The notes: generated by a model not told the origin, from the sequence alone. Positions 28,984 through 37,667 are shown, counted from the first letter of the stretch. The stretch is 64,000 bases of DNA from a virus (IMGVR_UViG_3300042997_002652:96001-160000); one strand, 5' to 3'. Program-made: numbers and translations.

Positions 28984-31108
28984 CTTTCTGGTTGTTAATA
29001 ATATTGTCGATCATGTTAATGTAATTCGCTACTTCCTGATCAGGGGCATAACGAATGTATTGCGCAAGAGGATAACGATTGTTAAGCTCGGTCACTTCTT
29101 GTTTGTACTTAGCAACGGTTGCTGTAACGTCAATATTTGTGTTTGTTTGAACCTTGTATTGATTACATAACCATTGGACTGCATATTGAACTTTACTATC
29201 TACTTTCTTAACATCTTTGAATTCTGTGTGCAGCTTGAGATACGGGCTGTCAGCATTCACTTTACTAAACACATTGTACTTGTAAACTTCACCAAAGTCA
29301 ATAGCTGATTTGATCAAACCCATTATCTGTTCATTACCGAATTTCTTCAGTTCCTGTTCAACATACGTGTCCAGATGAACCCAGTTTGTCATGGATTCTA
29401 CTTCTGCTAAGTCTGCTTTACGCACACCAAAAACCTCAACCCTGATGTTTGCATCGTTCATATATTGACGCAATGCTTTTACGTTATCAACTTTACCCAA
29501 AGATCCAAAGCCTTTGATGGGCAAGTAGTAGTGAGTTTCAGTTTTGCTAAAATCGTTTAGCTTGCCATTGGCGCGCCAAACCATGTCCTCACTGTTACTT
29601 CTGCCGCCCCTACGCTCCAAGTGCATAATGCTAACGTTCTTAGCCATACCTGCTTTGCGCGGCTTTTCATCAAGTGTACTTGCAAGACAAATTTGTGCTT
29701 GGGGTGGATTCCTGATTGCTGTAAAAAACGCAGCAGTATCCATTGCTTTAGTCTTGTCAGTAGGAGAAAGTACATACACTCTTTGATGAGTAATATTCTT
29801 GTTTTTCCAATGATACTTTGCACGTTCATAAGCACCTGTTTTGGTATCCTGAATTACAAAGTTGAGTTTTTCGTAAGGAGTAAAACTCCAAACAGCTTCG
29901 TATTCCCGCGTTTCTGTATTGTAAACACTATCTGAATTCTCAGTAGAACACCTGCTTCTATAGTCAGAATCAAACGCTTTAACAGTAATGTTGTACCGTG
30001 ATGCCAAATCACTTACTTTGATCTTAAAGGCTTGCGGATACAAGGAATACCCACCATTATTTTGAAACATGTCAAAATTTGTGTTCTGAATATACTGATA
30101 TACTGCATCACGCCACATATTAGACTGAGACTTGTTGACCAAGAAATAAGTACGTTCCCACAAGTTTTTAATCTTGTCAGCTTCAGTAGCTATATGTACT
30201 GTAAGTTGGTCACGCAACTGTTCAAGCTTTCGCTTGATTGCTTCTACTGTCATAGGAATGTAGCTCAAACCTTCACGCGATGCCTGAAAGTCCAGTTCGC
30301 CGATTGCAAATTCCATTACCAATCCGCAGTTGAGCAGACTACGCAAATCACCTAGTGTTTGGTTACTGTCAGGGATGCGAATCGGATAACCAATGTTACC
30401 CATGATAGCAACACTGTTGTTCAAGCCTTTTACTAGATGCACACCTGGAACAACATCACGAGTTTCATACTCAAAGTTATCAAACTTGAACCTGCTGTTA
30501 CCAGAAACAACAGGCTTGTGCTTGAAGGTGCGATACACAAAAATAGCTTCTTGGCAGAAGTCATTAAAGTCATACTGATTTTCTACAGCAAACCTAATTT
30601 CTACACCAGCGGGGTCAGTAGTTTCTTCTTGTGCCATGAGTGCAATACTGGGTACACCATGCTCGTTAATAAACGCGGTGTAAACGCCTTTGATGCCATC
30701 TTTGATTGCGGTTACCGTAAAGTTATCGGTATAGCTGAAGGGAGACTTTGAACCCAGACCCAGTGCACCAACAAAGTCATTGCTGCCAGTCTTGGTACTT
30801 TCAAAGAAAGTAGTAAAGATGTTGGTTACTTCATTATCACTCAAACCCACGCCATAGTCGCGGATTGAAAAGTAAGATTCAAGTGAGTTGGGCAGATGTA
30901 CGTCAAACGGAGTTTCGGTTTTACCTGCAGCAACGTGACTGTCGTATGCGTTACAAGAAAGCTCACGCACGATTGCGCGAATCTTGTTGGCGTACAAGCC
31001 GTCAGCTAGAATGCGGAAAGATTTTGCAGTAGCTTTGATCTTGAAGTCGGTAGTAGCACCAACATTGCTCAAAATCGCTTCGTTTTCAACTTGCTTAGTG
31101 AGGATCAT
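28976..31108 (-). CDS. rIIA: rIIA-like protein (N-terminal GHKL ATPase)
   Basis: RELSCNAYDSH, DYGVGLS, GALGLGSKSPFSY and LDFQASREGL motifs. Confidence 0.92.
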   Translation of the reverse strand: MILTKQVENEAILSNVGATTDFKIKATAKSFRILADGLYANKIRAIVRELSCNAYDSHVAAGKTETPFDVHLPNSLESYFSIRDYGVGLSDNEVTNIFTTFFESTKTGSNDFVGALGLGSKSPFSYTDNFTVTAIKDGIKGVYTAFINEHGVPSIALMAQEETTDPAGVEIRFAVENQYDFNDFCQEAIFVYRTFKHKPVVSGNSRFKFDNFEYETRDVVPGVHLVKGLNNSVAIMGNIGYPIRIPDSNQTLGDLRSLLNCGLVMEFAIGELDFQASREGLSYIPMTVEAIKRKLEQLRDQLTVHIATEADKIKNLWERTYFLVNKSQSNMWRDAVYQYIQNTNFDMFQNNGGYSLYPQAFKIKVSDLASRYNITVKAFDSDYRSRCSTENSDSVYNTETREYEAVWSFTPYEKLNFVIQDTKTGAYERAKYHWKNKNITHQRVYVLSPTDKTKAMDTAAFFTAIRNPPQAQICLASTLDEKPRKAGMAKNVSIMHLERRGGRSNSEDMVWRANGKLNDFSKTETHYYLPIKGFGSLGKVDNVKALRQYMNDANIRVEVFGVRKADLAEVESMTNWVHLDTYVEQELKKFGNEQIMGLIKSAIDFGEVYKYNVFSKVNADSPYLKLHTEFKDVKKVDSKVQYAVQWLCNQYKVQTNTNIDVTATVAKYKQEVTELNNRYPLAQYIRYAPDQEVANYINMIDNIINNQKGE

Positions 31109-31140
31109 TTAAGATTCCTTTGTTCAGTGAATATGTGATT

Positions 31141-31168
31141 ATTATAACAGATTTGGAACTAAAGTCAA
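31141..31168 (-). promoter_or_regulatory. Early sigma70 promoter of rIIAB
   Basis: TTGACT-16-TATAAT. Confidence 0.85.
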
Positions 31169-31171
31169 GCC

Positions 31172-31390
31172 TTATTCACAAGTTTCTACGGTTGAGTCAG
31201 GCTTGAATTTTGGTGCGAAGCCCCAACCATGGTAGTCTACCCCGTGTCCATGATAGTAGTAAACTACTCCATTTAAACAAACTTCCGGGAGAGATGTCTC
31301 TATTCTACCAGCACTGTCTCTGACCCGATCATCAGCAGGTGAACAAGCAACCATTAAGCTCAGTGATAATAGGATAAATGCGGTTTTCAT
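31172..31390 (-). CDS. Small lipoprotein
   Basis: Signal peptide with lipobox MVAC and CLNGVVYY motif. Confidence 0.7.
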   Translation of the reverse strand: MKTAFILLSLSLMVACSPADDRVRDSAGRIETSLPEVCLNGVVYYYHGHGVDYHGWGFAPKFKPDSTVETCE

Positions 31391-31422
31391 GTTATTGCTC
31401 CTTATTCGTTGACTATAAAGCT

Positions 31423-31450
31423 ATTATACACTATTTGGGCGAGAAGTCAA
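31423..31450 (-). promoter_or_regulatory. Early sigma70 promoter cassette
   Basis: TTGACT-16-TATAAT. Confidence 0.85.
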
Positions 31451-31561
31451 GTCTTTTTAGAAGTCGGGATAACCGTCACCTGCCATAGCAATCTTAGAGT
31501 AGGCTTCTTGTTCAGTAAGCGGTACACAGTTGTGTTGTGCTAAGATTTCAGGACCTACTAC

Positions 31562-31834
31562 ATGTATACAGCTAAATACTGTATGCAATGGACACACATC
31601 AATGATCAGCTACAGTATGCTCAACAAGCACTGGGTCTGTCTGATCACGGAATGGTATCAAACTTGTATATACAAGGTCCACATGGTACAGTACGGGCAT
31701 ATGACATAGGTTGGATTGATGCAGGATACTATGAGCAATATCCGGATAGATTATGGGATCTCTATCTAGATATACTAGCAGTACTAGACGGACACTATCA
31801 CTGCTGTTTATCAGGGCGTGTTTGGAATCTTTGA
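31562..31834 (+). CDS. Possible hypothetical protein, against the local strand bias
   Basis: 90-aa ORF with protein-like composition, but no clear RBS or promoter, and it overlaps the next gene convergently. Confidence 0.3.
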   Translation: MYTAKYCMQWTHINDQLQYAQQALGLSDHGMVSNLYIQGPHGTVRAYDIGWIDAGYYEQYPDRLWDLYLDILAVLDGHYHCCLSGRVWNL

Positions 31835-32022
31835 AAGCGTCTCTGTTGCCACCACATGAGCCAAGGACTTACATGTGCGATAGCCATAACCAACCACATC
31901 GTGGGCATCTCTAGTGTAAATCCGCCACACATACTGTGATGTGTGAGTGCATAGCTGAGTATTGCCCCCAATAAGAACATGGGTGCTGGTGCTAGACTAA
32001 AAAAGGTATTGACTGTTCTCAT
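31798..32022 (-). CDS. Small two-TM membrane protein
   Basis: Two hydrophobic segments, APAPMFLLGA and MWLVMAIAHVSPWL. Confidence 0.6.
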   Translation of the reverse strand: MRTVNTFFSLAPAPMFLLGAILSYALTHHSMCGGFTLEMPTMWLVMAIAHVSPWLMWWQQRRFQRFQTRPDKQQ

Positions 32023-32024
32023 AC

Positions 32025-32063
32025 AGATATTTATCTGAGATATTTATCTGAGATATTTATCTC
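32025..32063. repeat. 3x 13-bp tandem repeat AGATATTTATCTG, each containing the late-promoter motif on the minus strand
   Basis: Units at 32025, 32038 and 32051. Confidence 0.9.
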
Positions 32064-32086
32064 CCGTTTCATCAATTTATATAACT

Positions 32087-32114
32087 ATTATAGCAGAAAT
32101 GGGTAGAAAGTCAA
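32087..32114 (-). promoter_or_regulatory. Early sigma70 promoter cassette
   Basis: TTGACT-16-TATAAT with extended TG. Confidence 0.85.
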
Positions 32115-32155
32115 GCCTTTTTATATAAAAAGATTTCTTTAATAAAATCAATAAC

Positions 32156-32506
32156 TTACCAATATACCGTGATACTAAACTTATTATCAGGGTCTTCTTC
32201 ATCAAGAAGGCTGTATATTGTTTTAAAATATTGTATATCAGAATTATGTTTTACCATTCTGAGAACATATCCATTTTCAGACAACTTATTACAAATAATT
32301 TTATGAGCACCCTCAAGATTGCTTACAGGTTTACTAGAAGGGAATATTGATATGTACCCATAGTTGCCAAGTGCTTCATCTAAGTAAATATGATGCTGAC
32401 CCGACATAGCAGCACTATCTATCTGTTGAGATATAAATTCCAAAACTCTTTCAATTTTAGCTGCTGAGTTATCTGTTTTTTCTCTTGCTTGTGTTGCTGT
32501 AATCAT
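32156..32506 (-). CDS. Early hypothetical protein
   Basis: 116 aa, ATGA overlap, MITATQAREKT start. Confidence 0.6.
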   Translation of the reverse strand: MITATQAREKTDNSAAKIERVLEFISQQIDSAAMSGQHHIYLDEALGNYGYISIFPSSKPVSNLEGAHKIICNKLSENGYVLRMVKHNSDIQYFKTIYSLLDEEDPDNKFSITVYW

Positions 32507-32694
32507 GCTTGCTCCTTGTCCAGAATCTCGTCCAGAATAGATTTAATTTCCACCAATCGTCTTTCCCAACGTTCCATCATGCGTCTAAAGTCTTCAATTG
32601 CTTCTTCATCGTGAAACGTGTCACCACTAAATAAAGCAGCGTCTATTTCGTCAATAGCACCATCAACCAACTCTTTATAATCAATATTCATCAT
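32503..32694 (-). CDS. Early hypothetical protein
   Basis: 63-aa helical ORF in an operon. Confidence 0.55.
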   Translation of the reverse strand: MMNIDYKELVDGAIDEIDAALFSGDTFHDEEAIEDFRRMMERWERRLVEIKSILDEILDKEQA

Positions 32695-32737
32695 ACACCT
32701 ACCATATCAGTTAAAATTTCCCATTCTTCACAATCAT

Positions 32738-33046
32738 TCATGGTATTGAAGTCCTCCCCATTTCAGGTATAAAAACTTCACCTATGAACCTGAGATTATT
32801 ATCTTTAGTATGCTTCATATGTCCCGCGATTGCTTCTTCCCAAGTGTCGTAACGCTCTAACACATCGCTACCATCTTTACAAAAGATGCAAGTTTCAAAC
32901 TTGTAGCCAAGATGCAATCCATACTTTTCCATCGTGTTAATTTTAGGCATTTCTGTGGTATATAAAGTCACATCGGCAGGAAACATCCACTCCCAGTGTT
33001 TAACTGAGTTGTTGCTTTCACATTGTCGTCTTGCTGATATTTCCAT
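32738..33046 (-). CDS. Early hypothetical protein
   Basis: FETCIF...ERYDTWEEAIAGH motif. Confidence 0.6.
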   Translation of the reverse strand: MEISARRQCESNNSVKHWEWMFPADVTLYTTEMPKINTMEKYGLHLGYKFETCIFCKDGSDVLERYDTWEEAIAGHMKHTKDNNLRFIGEVFIPEMGRTSIP

Positions 33047-33048
33047 TA

Positions 33049-33243
33049 TTAATCTTTTTCTGAAAATTTGTTAAGAGGGTCGCCTAAATATTTATGTATC
33101 ATTTTTTCTATCCAAGCGGTACAATTCCAAACTAATTCTAAAAGTTGGCGAATGACAAACAACACACAAACACTTATCGCAATAAGTAACATGGGAATAA
33201 ACACCAAATACCATCGCCATGATCTTTTAATTTTCATCATCAT
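33049..33243 (-). CDS. Small membrane protein
   Basis: One long hydrophobic segment. Confidence 0.5.
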   Translation of the reverse strand: MMMKIKRSWRWYLVFIPMLLIAISVCVLFVIRQLLELVWNCTAWIEKMIHKYLGDPLNKFSEKD

Positions 33244-33383
33244 CGGCAGTGTGTATGTGTAGTTTTAGTTAATAACGATATATGGTCTATTAACTGTTGA
33301 GCCACTATCTCAAGTTTTTCAATACGGAGATTGCTTTCTTCTGTAAGACGAATAGCTTCCGCAATTTGTTCTTCAATTGTCAT
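33240..33383 (-). CDS. Small coiled-coil protein, 47 aa (not in ORF track)
   Basis: MTIEEQIAEAIRLTEESNLRIEKLEIVAQQLID..., with 4-nt overlaps to both neighbours. Confidence 0.55.
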   Translation of the reverse strand: MTIEEQIAEAIRLTEESNLRIEKLEIVAQQLIDHISLLTKTTHTHCR

Positions 33384-33667
33384 ACTGGGTCCTTTACATA
33401 AGTTGACAGAATCCACTTAGCACGATTTAGTGCTTGGCGAACATCTTCCACAGTCATAAGATCGTATGTGCCGCCGTTATCACTGTTCAGCATTGCCTGA
33501 CAGTCTGACATAATGCTCATAGCAATCATAGCAGCATCTCGGTGAAAAGATGAGATGCCACTGAATATTTCACGTTCTACAGTTTCGCGCATATCGGATA
33601 CTGAGCAGCCATACATACGAACTTCGTTACGCTCTTGATCATTCATTTCAGCGAAAAGCTTAGTCAT
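33380..33667 (-). CDS. Early hypothetical protein
   Basis: First gene behind the promoter at 33702-33729. Confidence 0.6.
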   Translation of the reverse strand: MTKLFAEMNDQERNEVRMYGCSVSDMRETVEREIFSGISSFHRDAAMIAMSIMSDCQAMLNSDNGGTYDLMTVEDVRQALNRAKWILSTYVKDPV

Positions 33668-33701
33668 GTCTTATCTCTCCGTTAATCAACTTTATAATAC
33701 T

Positions 33702-33729
33702 ATTATAGCAGAAATGGGCAAGAAGTCAA
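33702..33729 (-). promoter_or_regulatory. Early sigma70 promoter cassette
   Basis: TTGACT-16-TATAAT with extended TG. Confidence 0.85.
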
Positions 33730-33759
33730 GCCTTTTATATAAATAAAACGCTTGAAAAA

Positions 33760-34074
33760 TCAAGCACCTGTATCAAATGTTCCGCCCACGCCAACTATTG
33801 CCGCCGCGAACCATTCATAAAAAGCAGTTGCTTCAGCTTGCGGTGTACTGTACATTGGCCATTCTCGTCTGTCACCGCCCAAACTTTCAACCAAATGATT
33901 AATCAGATAGTCACGAGCAGCAGTGTCCCTAATGCTACCATCAGCCAACTCACCAATCAGTATGCCTGACTTTTTGATTATAGAAACCAGATACTCTTCT
34001 GGTAGTGTAGTGCCGAAGTATTCACTTAACACATCAGCCGCTGGTTCGCAGTCTATTTCAATTGTAAATTTCAT
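33760..34074 (-). CDS. Hypothetical protein
   Basis: 104-aa ORF coupled to the RNA ligase gene. Confidence 0.55.
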   Translation of the reverse strand: MKFTIEIDCEPAADVLSEYFGTTLPEEYLVSIIKKSGILIGELADGSIRDTAARDYLINHLVESLGGDRREWPMYSTPQAEATAFYEWFAAAIVGVGGTFDTGA

Positions 34075-34991
34075 TACATATTCTCCAAAAAGTTACGGCA
34101 CCATGCCAATCGCGCTTGTTCATCCAGTGTAGTGAATTCGTCAATTTTAGCACGAATCTCGTTAAGCAAAGGATAGTATTCCTCGTCTAAAATCTCATAT
34201 GCTGCCTGTGTCAACAGCTTATCAGTGCGAGGGTTACGAGCTACAAACTTTTGTGCCAAATAGTACTTTGTCTTGATCTTTGCAGCACGACCGTCCATAT
34301 GATAAAACACCACACCTTCTCTACGTGAAGTCAACATAGACTTTTCCAATTCAGCTACAGTAGTTACCATATAGCTGGGTACAGGATTAACCTTCATCCA
34401 TCGTGCCTTTCTGATCAGATCACATGCAATTGTTTCGTATGCCATATGACGCATATCAGAGTACCAGTCGTTGATACGATATCCCAGGTAATACAATCCT
34501 GCTTGTTCAGGAATGATATGTGGATCTGACGGATGCACTACTTCAAACAGCAATGTCACTTTGCCGTTCTGACAAAAATGCTTTATCACAAACACATCAG
34601 CCGTATCTAAAATCATCCGTTCTGCCATTACAGCAAAGTCAGAGTCCAGTGAACCAGTAGTAGATACTAGCAACTCGTCCTTATAAGTAGTCACTGATGC
34701 CATGAAGCCGTTGACTTTATCATAAGCCAAAACTACATCGTTGGGCTGGAACACAGGAGCACGATCTTCAATACCGTGGTTATAGATTTTTGTGAATGGC
34801 CGCACGATCACGTTGAAGTCACGATCAATTACGGTGCCTCGGCACTCTTCCAGATACTCGTTCCAAAGTGCGTCAAAGAATACCCGCCGCTTGTACTTTA
34901 ATACAAACAAGCCAGGATAGCGCGTGGACTCGCGCATAGTTACTAAGTCTGGATTCTGTTCTACAAAAGCTTTCAGTTCTAACCGACCCAT
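34074..34991 (-). CDS. RNA ligase (T4 Rnl1-like); start revised to 34991
   Basis: Motif I KVNGF, LLFEVV, EGVVF and KIKT. The ATG at 34991 directly follows the upstream Cys-rich ORF. Confidence 0.85.
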   Translation of the reverse strand: MGRLELKAFVEQNPDLVTMRESTRYPGLFVLKYKRRVFFDALWNEYLEECRGTVIDRDFNVIVRPFTKIYNHGIEDRAPVFQPNDVVLAYDKVNGFMASVTTYKDELLVSTTGSLDSDFAVMAERMILDTADVFVIKHFCQNGKVTLLFEVVHPSDPHIIPEQAGLYYLGYRINDWYSDMRHMAYETIACDLIRKARWMKVNPVPSYMVTTVAELEKSMLTSRREGVVFYHMDGRAAKIKTKYYLAQKFVARNPRTDKLLTQAAYEILDEEYYPLLNEIRAKIDEFTTLDEQARLAWCRNFLENM

Positions 34992-34992
34992 T

Positions 34993-35148
34993 TTATATAT
35001 CCTGACAGCATTGAGTTTCACATTCCTGGCAACAAGTACACAGAGTTTCACGGTCGTCGGCTATTTCTTCTGCGTAAGGGCAAGTGTGCGGAGACTGGGC
35101 TTCTCCTTGTTGGCATCGTGAACATAATACTACTTGATCGTCTGACAT
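34993..35148 (-). CDS. Cys-rich small protein, 51 aa (not in ORF track)
   Basis: MSDDQVVLCSRCQQGEAQSPHTCPYAEEIADDRETLCTCCQECETQCCQDI, with GGAG RBS and its own promoter. Confidence 0.7.
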   Translation of the reverse strand: MSDDQVVLCSRCQQGEAQSPHTCPYAEEIADDRETLCTCCQECETQCCQDI

Positions 35149-35182
35149 CTTTTTATCTCCCGTTTCATCAATTTATATAACT

Positions 35183-35210
35183 ATTATAGCAGATTTGGGT
35201 AAGAAGTCAA
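35183..35210 (-). promoter_or_regulatory. Early sigma70 promoter cassette
   Basis: TTGACT-16-TATAAT with extended TG. Confidence 0.85.
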
Positions 35211-35249
35211 GCCTTTTGATAAAAATAGATTTCTTTAAGAATCAATAAC

Positions 35250-35483
35250 TTAGCTACTGAACCCAGTAAAGTTACCTATGCCATCATGATTCAACTTGGT
35301 ATTTTCGCCGTCACTGTCAAAGTATACAATCTGTTTTGTCCCGGTTGCTTGGCCTGACTTAAACAAATACTTGACTACGGCTTCAGCATCATTAGTAATC
35401 GTTTTGTAAGTATCCCAGGGACCTAGATCCCTAAGAACGATTACTTCAGATGAGTTGGACAGGATAGTAAAATTAGCATTCAT
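35250..35483 (-). CDS. Hypothetical protein (start revised to MNANF at 35483)
   Basis: The longer track ORF overlaps the kinase. The ATG at 35483 gives normal coupling. TITNDAEAVV...YFDSDG motif. Confidence 0.55.
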   Translation of the reverse strand: MNANFTILSNSSEVIVLRDLGPWDTYKTITNDAEAVVKYLFKSGQATGTKQIVYFDSDGENTKLNHDGIGNFTGFSS

Positions 35484-35904
35484 TGTTTGCCTCGAAAAGT
35501 TCCTGAATATCATACTGAAAACGGTTGCGCATCTGCTCCAGCTTTTCAGCAGGTACATTATGCACATTAGGAAACTGATTCTGAGCCAAGTATACAACTG
35601 GCACAATAAAAAACTCTTTTGCAAGGTTGAAGTAAGGCTTCAGTTCGCGCTTAGTAGTAAAAGTATTGCTTACTATTACAGTGCGATTCTCTTCCAAAGC
35701 TTCACGAGTTTTACGTAAACACCAACCATGTGCTAAGACCAGTCGCTCGGCATCAAAGTTGTAGTTACCCTGAGCATCCTCAAAGTACATATCGGCTTCG
35801 TAGTGTCTTGCCATTACGTTGTCTAGCAGATTGCACAAGTTTCTAGCAAGGGTAGTCTTACCCGAGCCGGGGATGCCGCGAACCAAAATAAGATTTTTCA
35901 TCAT
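35473..35904 (-). CDS. P-loop kinase (AAA_33 / polynucleotide-kinase-like)
   Basis: LVRGIPGSGKTT, EADMYF and VIVSNTF motifs. Confidence 0.85.
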   Translation of the reverse strand: MMKNLILVRGIPGSGKTTLARNLCNLLDNVMARHYEADMYFEDAQGNYNFDAERLVLAHGWCLRKTREALEENRTVIVSNTFTTKRELKPYFNLAKEFFIVPVVYLAQNQFPNVHNVPAEKLEQMRNRFQYDIQELFEANNEC

Positions 35905-35930
35905 TGTTCCTGTTTGTTTACTATAAAGCT

Positions 35931-35958
35931 ATTATACAGTATTTGGGTATAAAGTCAA
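35931..35958 (-). promoter_or_regulatory. Early sigma70 promoter cassette
   Basis: TTGACT-16-TATAAT. Confidence 0.85.
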
Positions 35959-35995
35959 GCCTTCTTACGAAAAAGAATCTTAGCCTTTTGTCCTC

Positions 35996-36208
35996 TTATT
36001 CACTTTTAGGATGCAAACAGCTAGCGTAGAACATTGTGTATGCCTGTTCGTGTGCGATACGCTCTGCCTGGTAGTCAATAAACTTATCAATGCCCAGTTC
36101 AGCCATTTTGTTCCGAGTCTCAGCATCAAACATAGCATTGTACTGAATCATTATGCCATTTCTTGCCCGCTGGATATGTTCTTGAGTTGGCTTAACTGTA
36201 TTACCCAT
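35996..36208 (-). CDS. Hypothetical protein
   Basis: 70-aa ORF coupled to the HD gene. Confidence 0.5.
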   Translation of the reverse strand: MGNTVKPTQEHIQRARNGIMIQYNAMFDAETRNKMAELGIDKFIDYQAERIAHEQAYTMFYASCLHPKSE

Positions 36209-36777
36209 TATACGTTCTCCATCTTTTCCAGGGCTTGTTGAACACGATGTTCTTGTACGATTCGCTTACCTTCTTTACACAGGGTATGTGCTTGCTTCCA
36301 CAGTACAGGGTCGCCGCCATGTTGTAGGACACTCAGCAGTTCCATCTTTTCTTCCAGATAAGTTTCAGCAAAGTTCATATCATATTTGACAATGCTTTGC
36401 GTGTTGCTGATCAGGTCAGCCAGCTTAACAGTTTTAGCAGCAGCAGGTGCTTTAGCAGTGTGCTTGCGATCAATAGTTTTACGCACCTTGCGATTGCCAT
36501 CTGAGGGCTTGCTAACATCTGTCAGGTAGCTAACCAGTTCTGTTATCTCTGTGCCAAACTCTCTTTCAATCTGCTCAATAGTCACCCCAGTATCTTCTAC
36601 TACATCATGCAGATATGCAGCGGCAATTTGAGCATCAGTGCCGCCAGCATCACGCACGATCCCAGCTACTTCAGTGGGGTGAACTATATAGTCCTCACCT
36701 GTGTACTTGCGTTTCTGACCAACAGCGGCATGAGCAGCAGTAGCGAAAACTCTTGCGCGTTCTACGATATTCATCAT
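36208..36777 (-). CDS. HD-domain hydrolase of RelA/SpoT (Mesh1/small alarmone hydrolase) type
   Basis: YIVHPTEV, AAYLHDVVEDT and VKLADLISN motifs. Confidence 0.88.
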   Translation of the reverse strand: MMNIVERARVFATAAHAAVGQKRKYTGEDYIVHPTEVAGIVRDAGGTDAQIAAAYLHDVVEDTGVTIEQIEREFGTEITELVSYLTDVSKPSDGNRKVRKTIDRKHTAKAPAAAKTVKLADLISNTQSIVKYDMNFAETYLEEKMELLSVLQHGGDPVLWKQAHTLCKEGKRIVQEHRVQQALEKMENV

Positions 36778-36814
36778 TCAACTCCGAAATGTTCTTTAAT
36801 CAATTTATATAACT

Positions 36815-36842
36815 ATTATAACAGATTGGGCAAGAATGTCAA
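36815..36842 (-). promoter_or_regulatory. Early sigma70 promoter cassette
   Basis: TTGACA-16-TATAAT. Confidence 0.85.
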
Positions 36843-36869
36843 ACCTTTTGTTAAAAATAAAATATGAAC

Positions 36870-36909
36870 AAAATCAATAACTTACCGAACCAGCTAAGTT
36901 ATTGATTTT
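36870..36909. repeat. Perfect 15-bp inverted repeat of the AAAATCAATAACTTA motif
   Basis: 36870-36884 and 36895-36909, 10-bp spacer. Confidence 0.9.
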
Positions 36910-36916
36910 ATTGAGG

Positions 36917-37468
36917 TTAATGATGACCTTTAATTTGACCCAGTTTAGCGGCAGTGATAGCGTCTTCCATCAGCGTCACGATCTTGCCAGTAGCATCAAA
37001 GCCCATGTCTCGGCAGCGATACTGTTCCATACCAGACACATTACCGTGTAAGTGACCATGAAAGTGGACCGAGCCACGATGCATCTGATCCCATTCGGCG
37101 ATAGGATAGTGAAACATTACTACCATAGTATCCTGATAGACGATATCATGATACTTGTGAACTTCTTTGAAACATGCTCGGAAAACAGGATCACGCAGGT
37201 TTTTCCTATCGTGGTTGCCCTCAACCAGTATCTTGGTACCGTTTAGTTGACGCATGATCTGTACAGCTTCAGCAGCCGAGCAAAATGCTACGTCACCTAG
37301 AATGTATACGATATCTTCAGGGTTTACAGTCTGATTCCACATTTGGATCATGTCACGATTCATAGTGTCAGGGTCGTTGCGCGTATCCCAATGCCCGCGA
37401 GTTTTCGGACAAAAAGTTGCTATGGACTTGTGTCCAAAATGTAAATCTGAAGTTATATAAGTTTTCAT
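36917..37468 (-). CDS. Calcineurin-like metallophosphoesterase
   Basis: TSDLHFGH, LGDV, GNHD and HFHGHLH motifs. Confidence 0.9.
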   Translation of the reverse strand: MKTYITSDLHFGHKSIATFCPKTRGHWDTRNDPDTMNRDMIQMWNQTVNPEDIVYILGDVAFCSAAEAVQIMRQLNGTKILVEGNHDRKNLRDPVFRACFKEVHKYHDIVYQDTMVVMFHYPIAEWDQMHRGSVHFHGHLHGNVSGMEQYRCRDMGFDATGKIVTLMEDAITAAKLGQIKGHH

Positions 37469-37469
37469 G

Positions 37470-37667
37470 TTACTCTATTTCTGTTACTACTTGAGCAGTA
37501 ATTACAATTTCACATTCTTGATTTCTTGGCAAATCTGCTTTGCAAGTCTCAAGAGCAGTTTTAATTTCTCCGTGCATTGGCATGTTACTAACATCAAAAA
37601 TTACAGCAAGAAACAAGCCTGTTACTACTGCACTAATCATAACACCATGTACAAAATCGTTACGCAT
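37470..37667 (-). CDS. Small membrane protein (start probably MRNDF at 37667)
   Basis: TM segment followed by C...C. GAGGT RBS before the ATG at 37667. Confidence 0.5.
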   Translation of the reverse strand: MRNDFVHGVMISAVVTGLFLAVIFDVSNMPMHGEIKTALETCKADLPRNQECEIVITAQVVTEIE

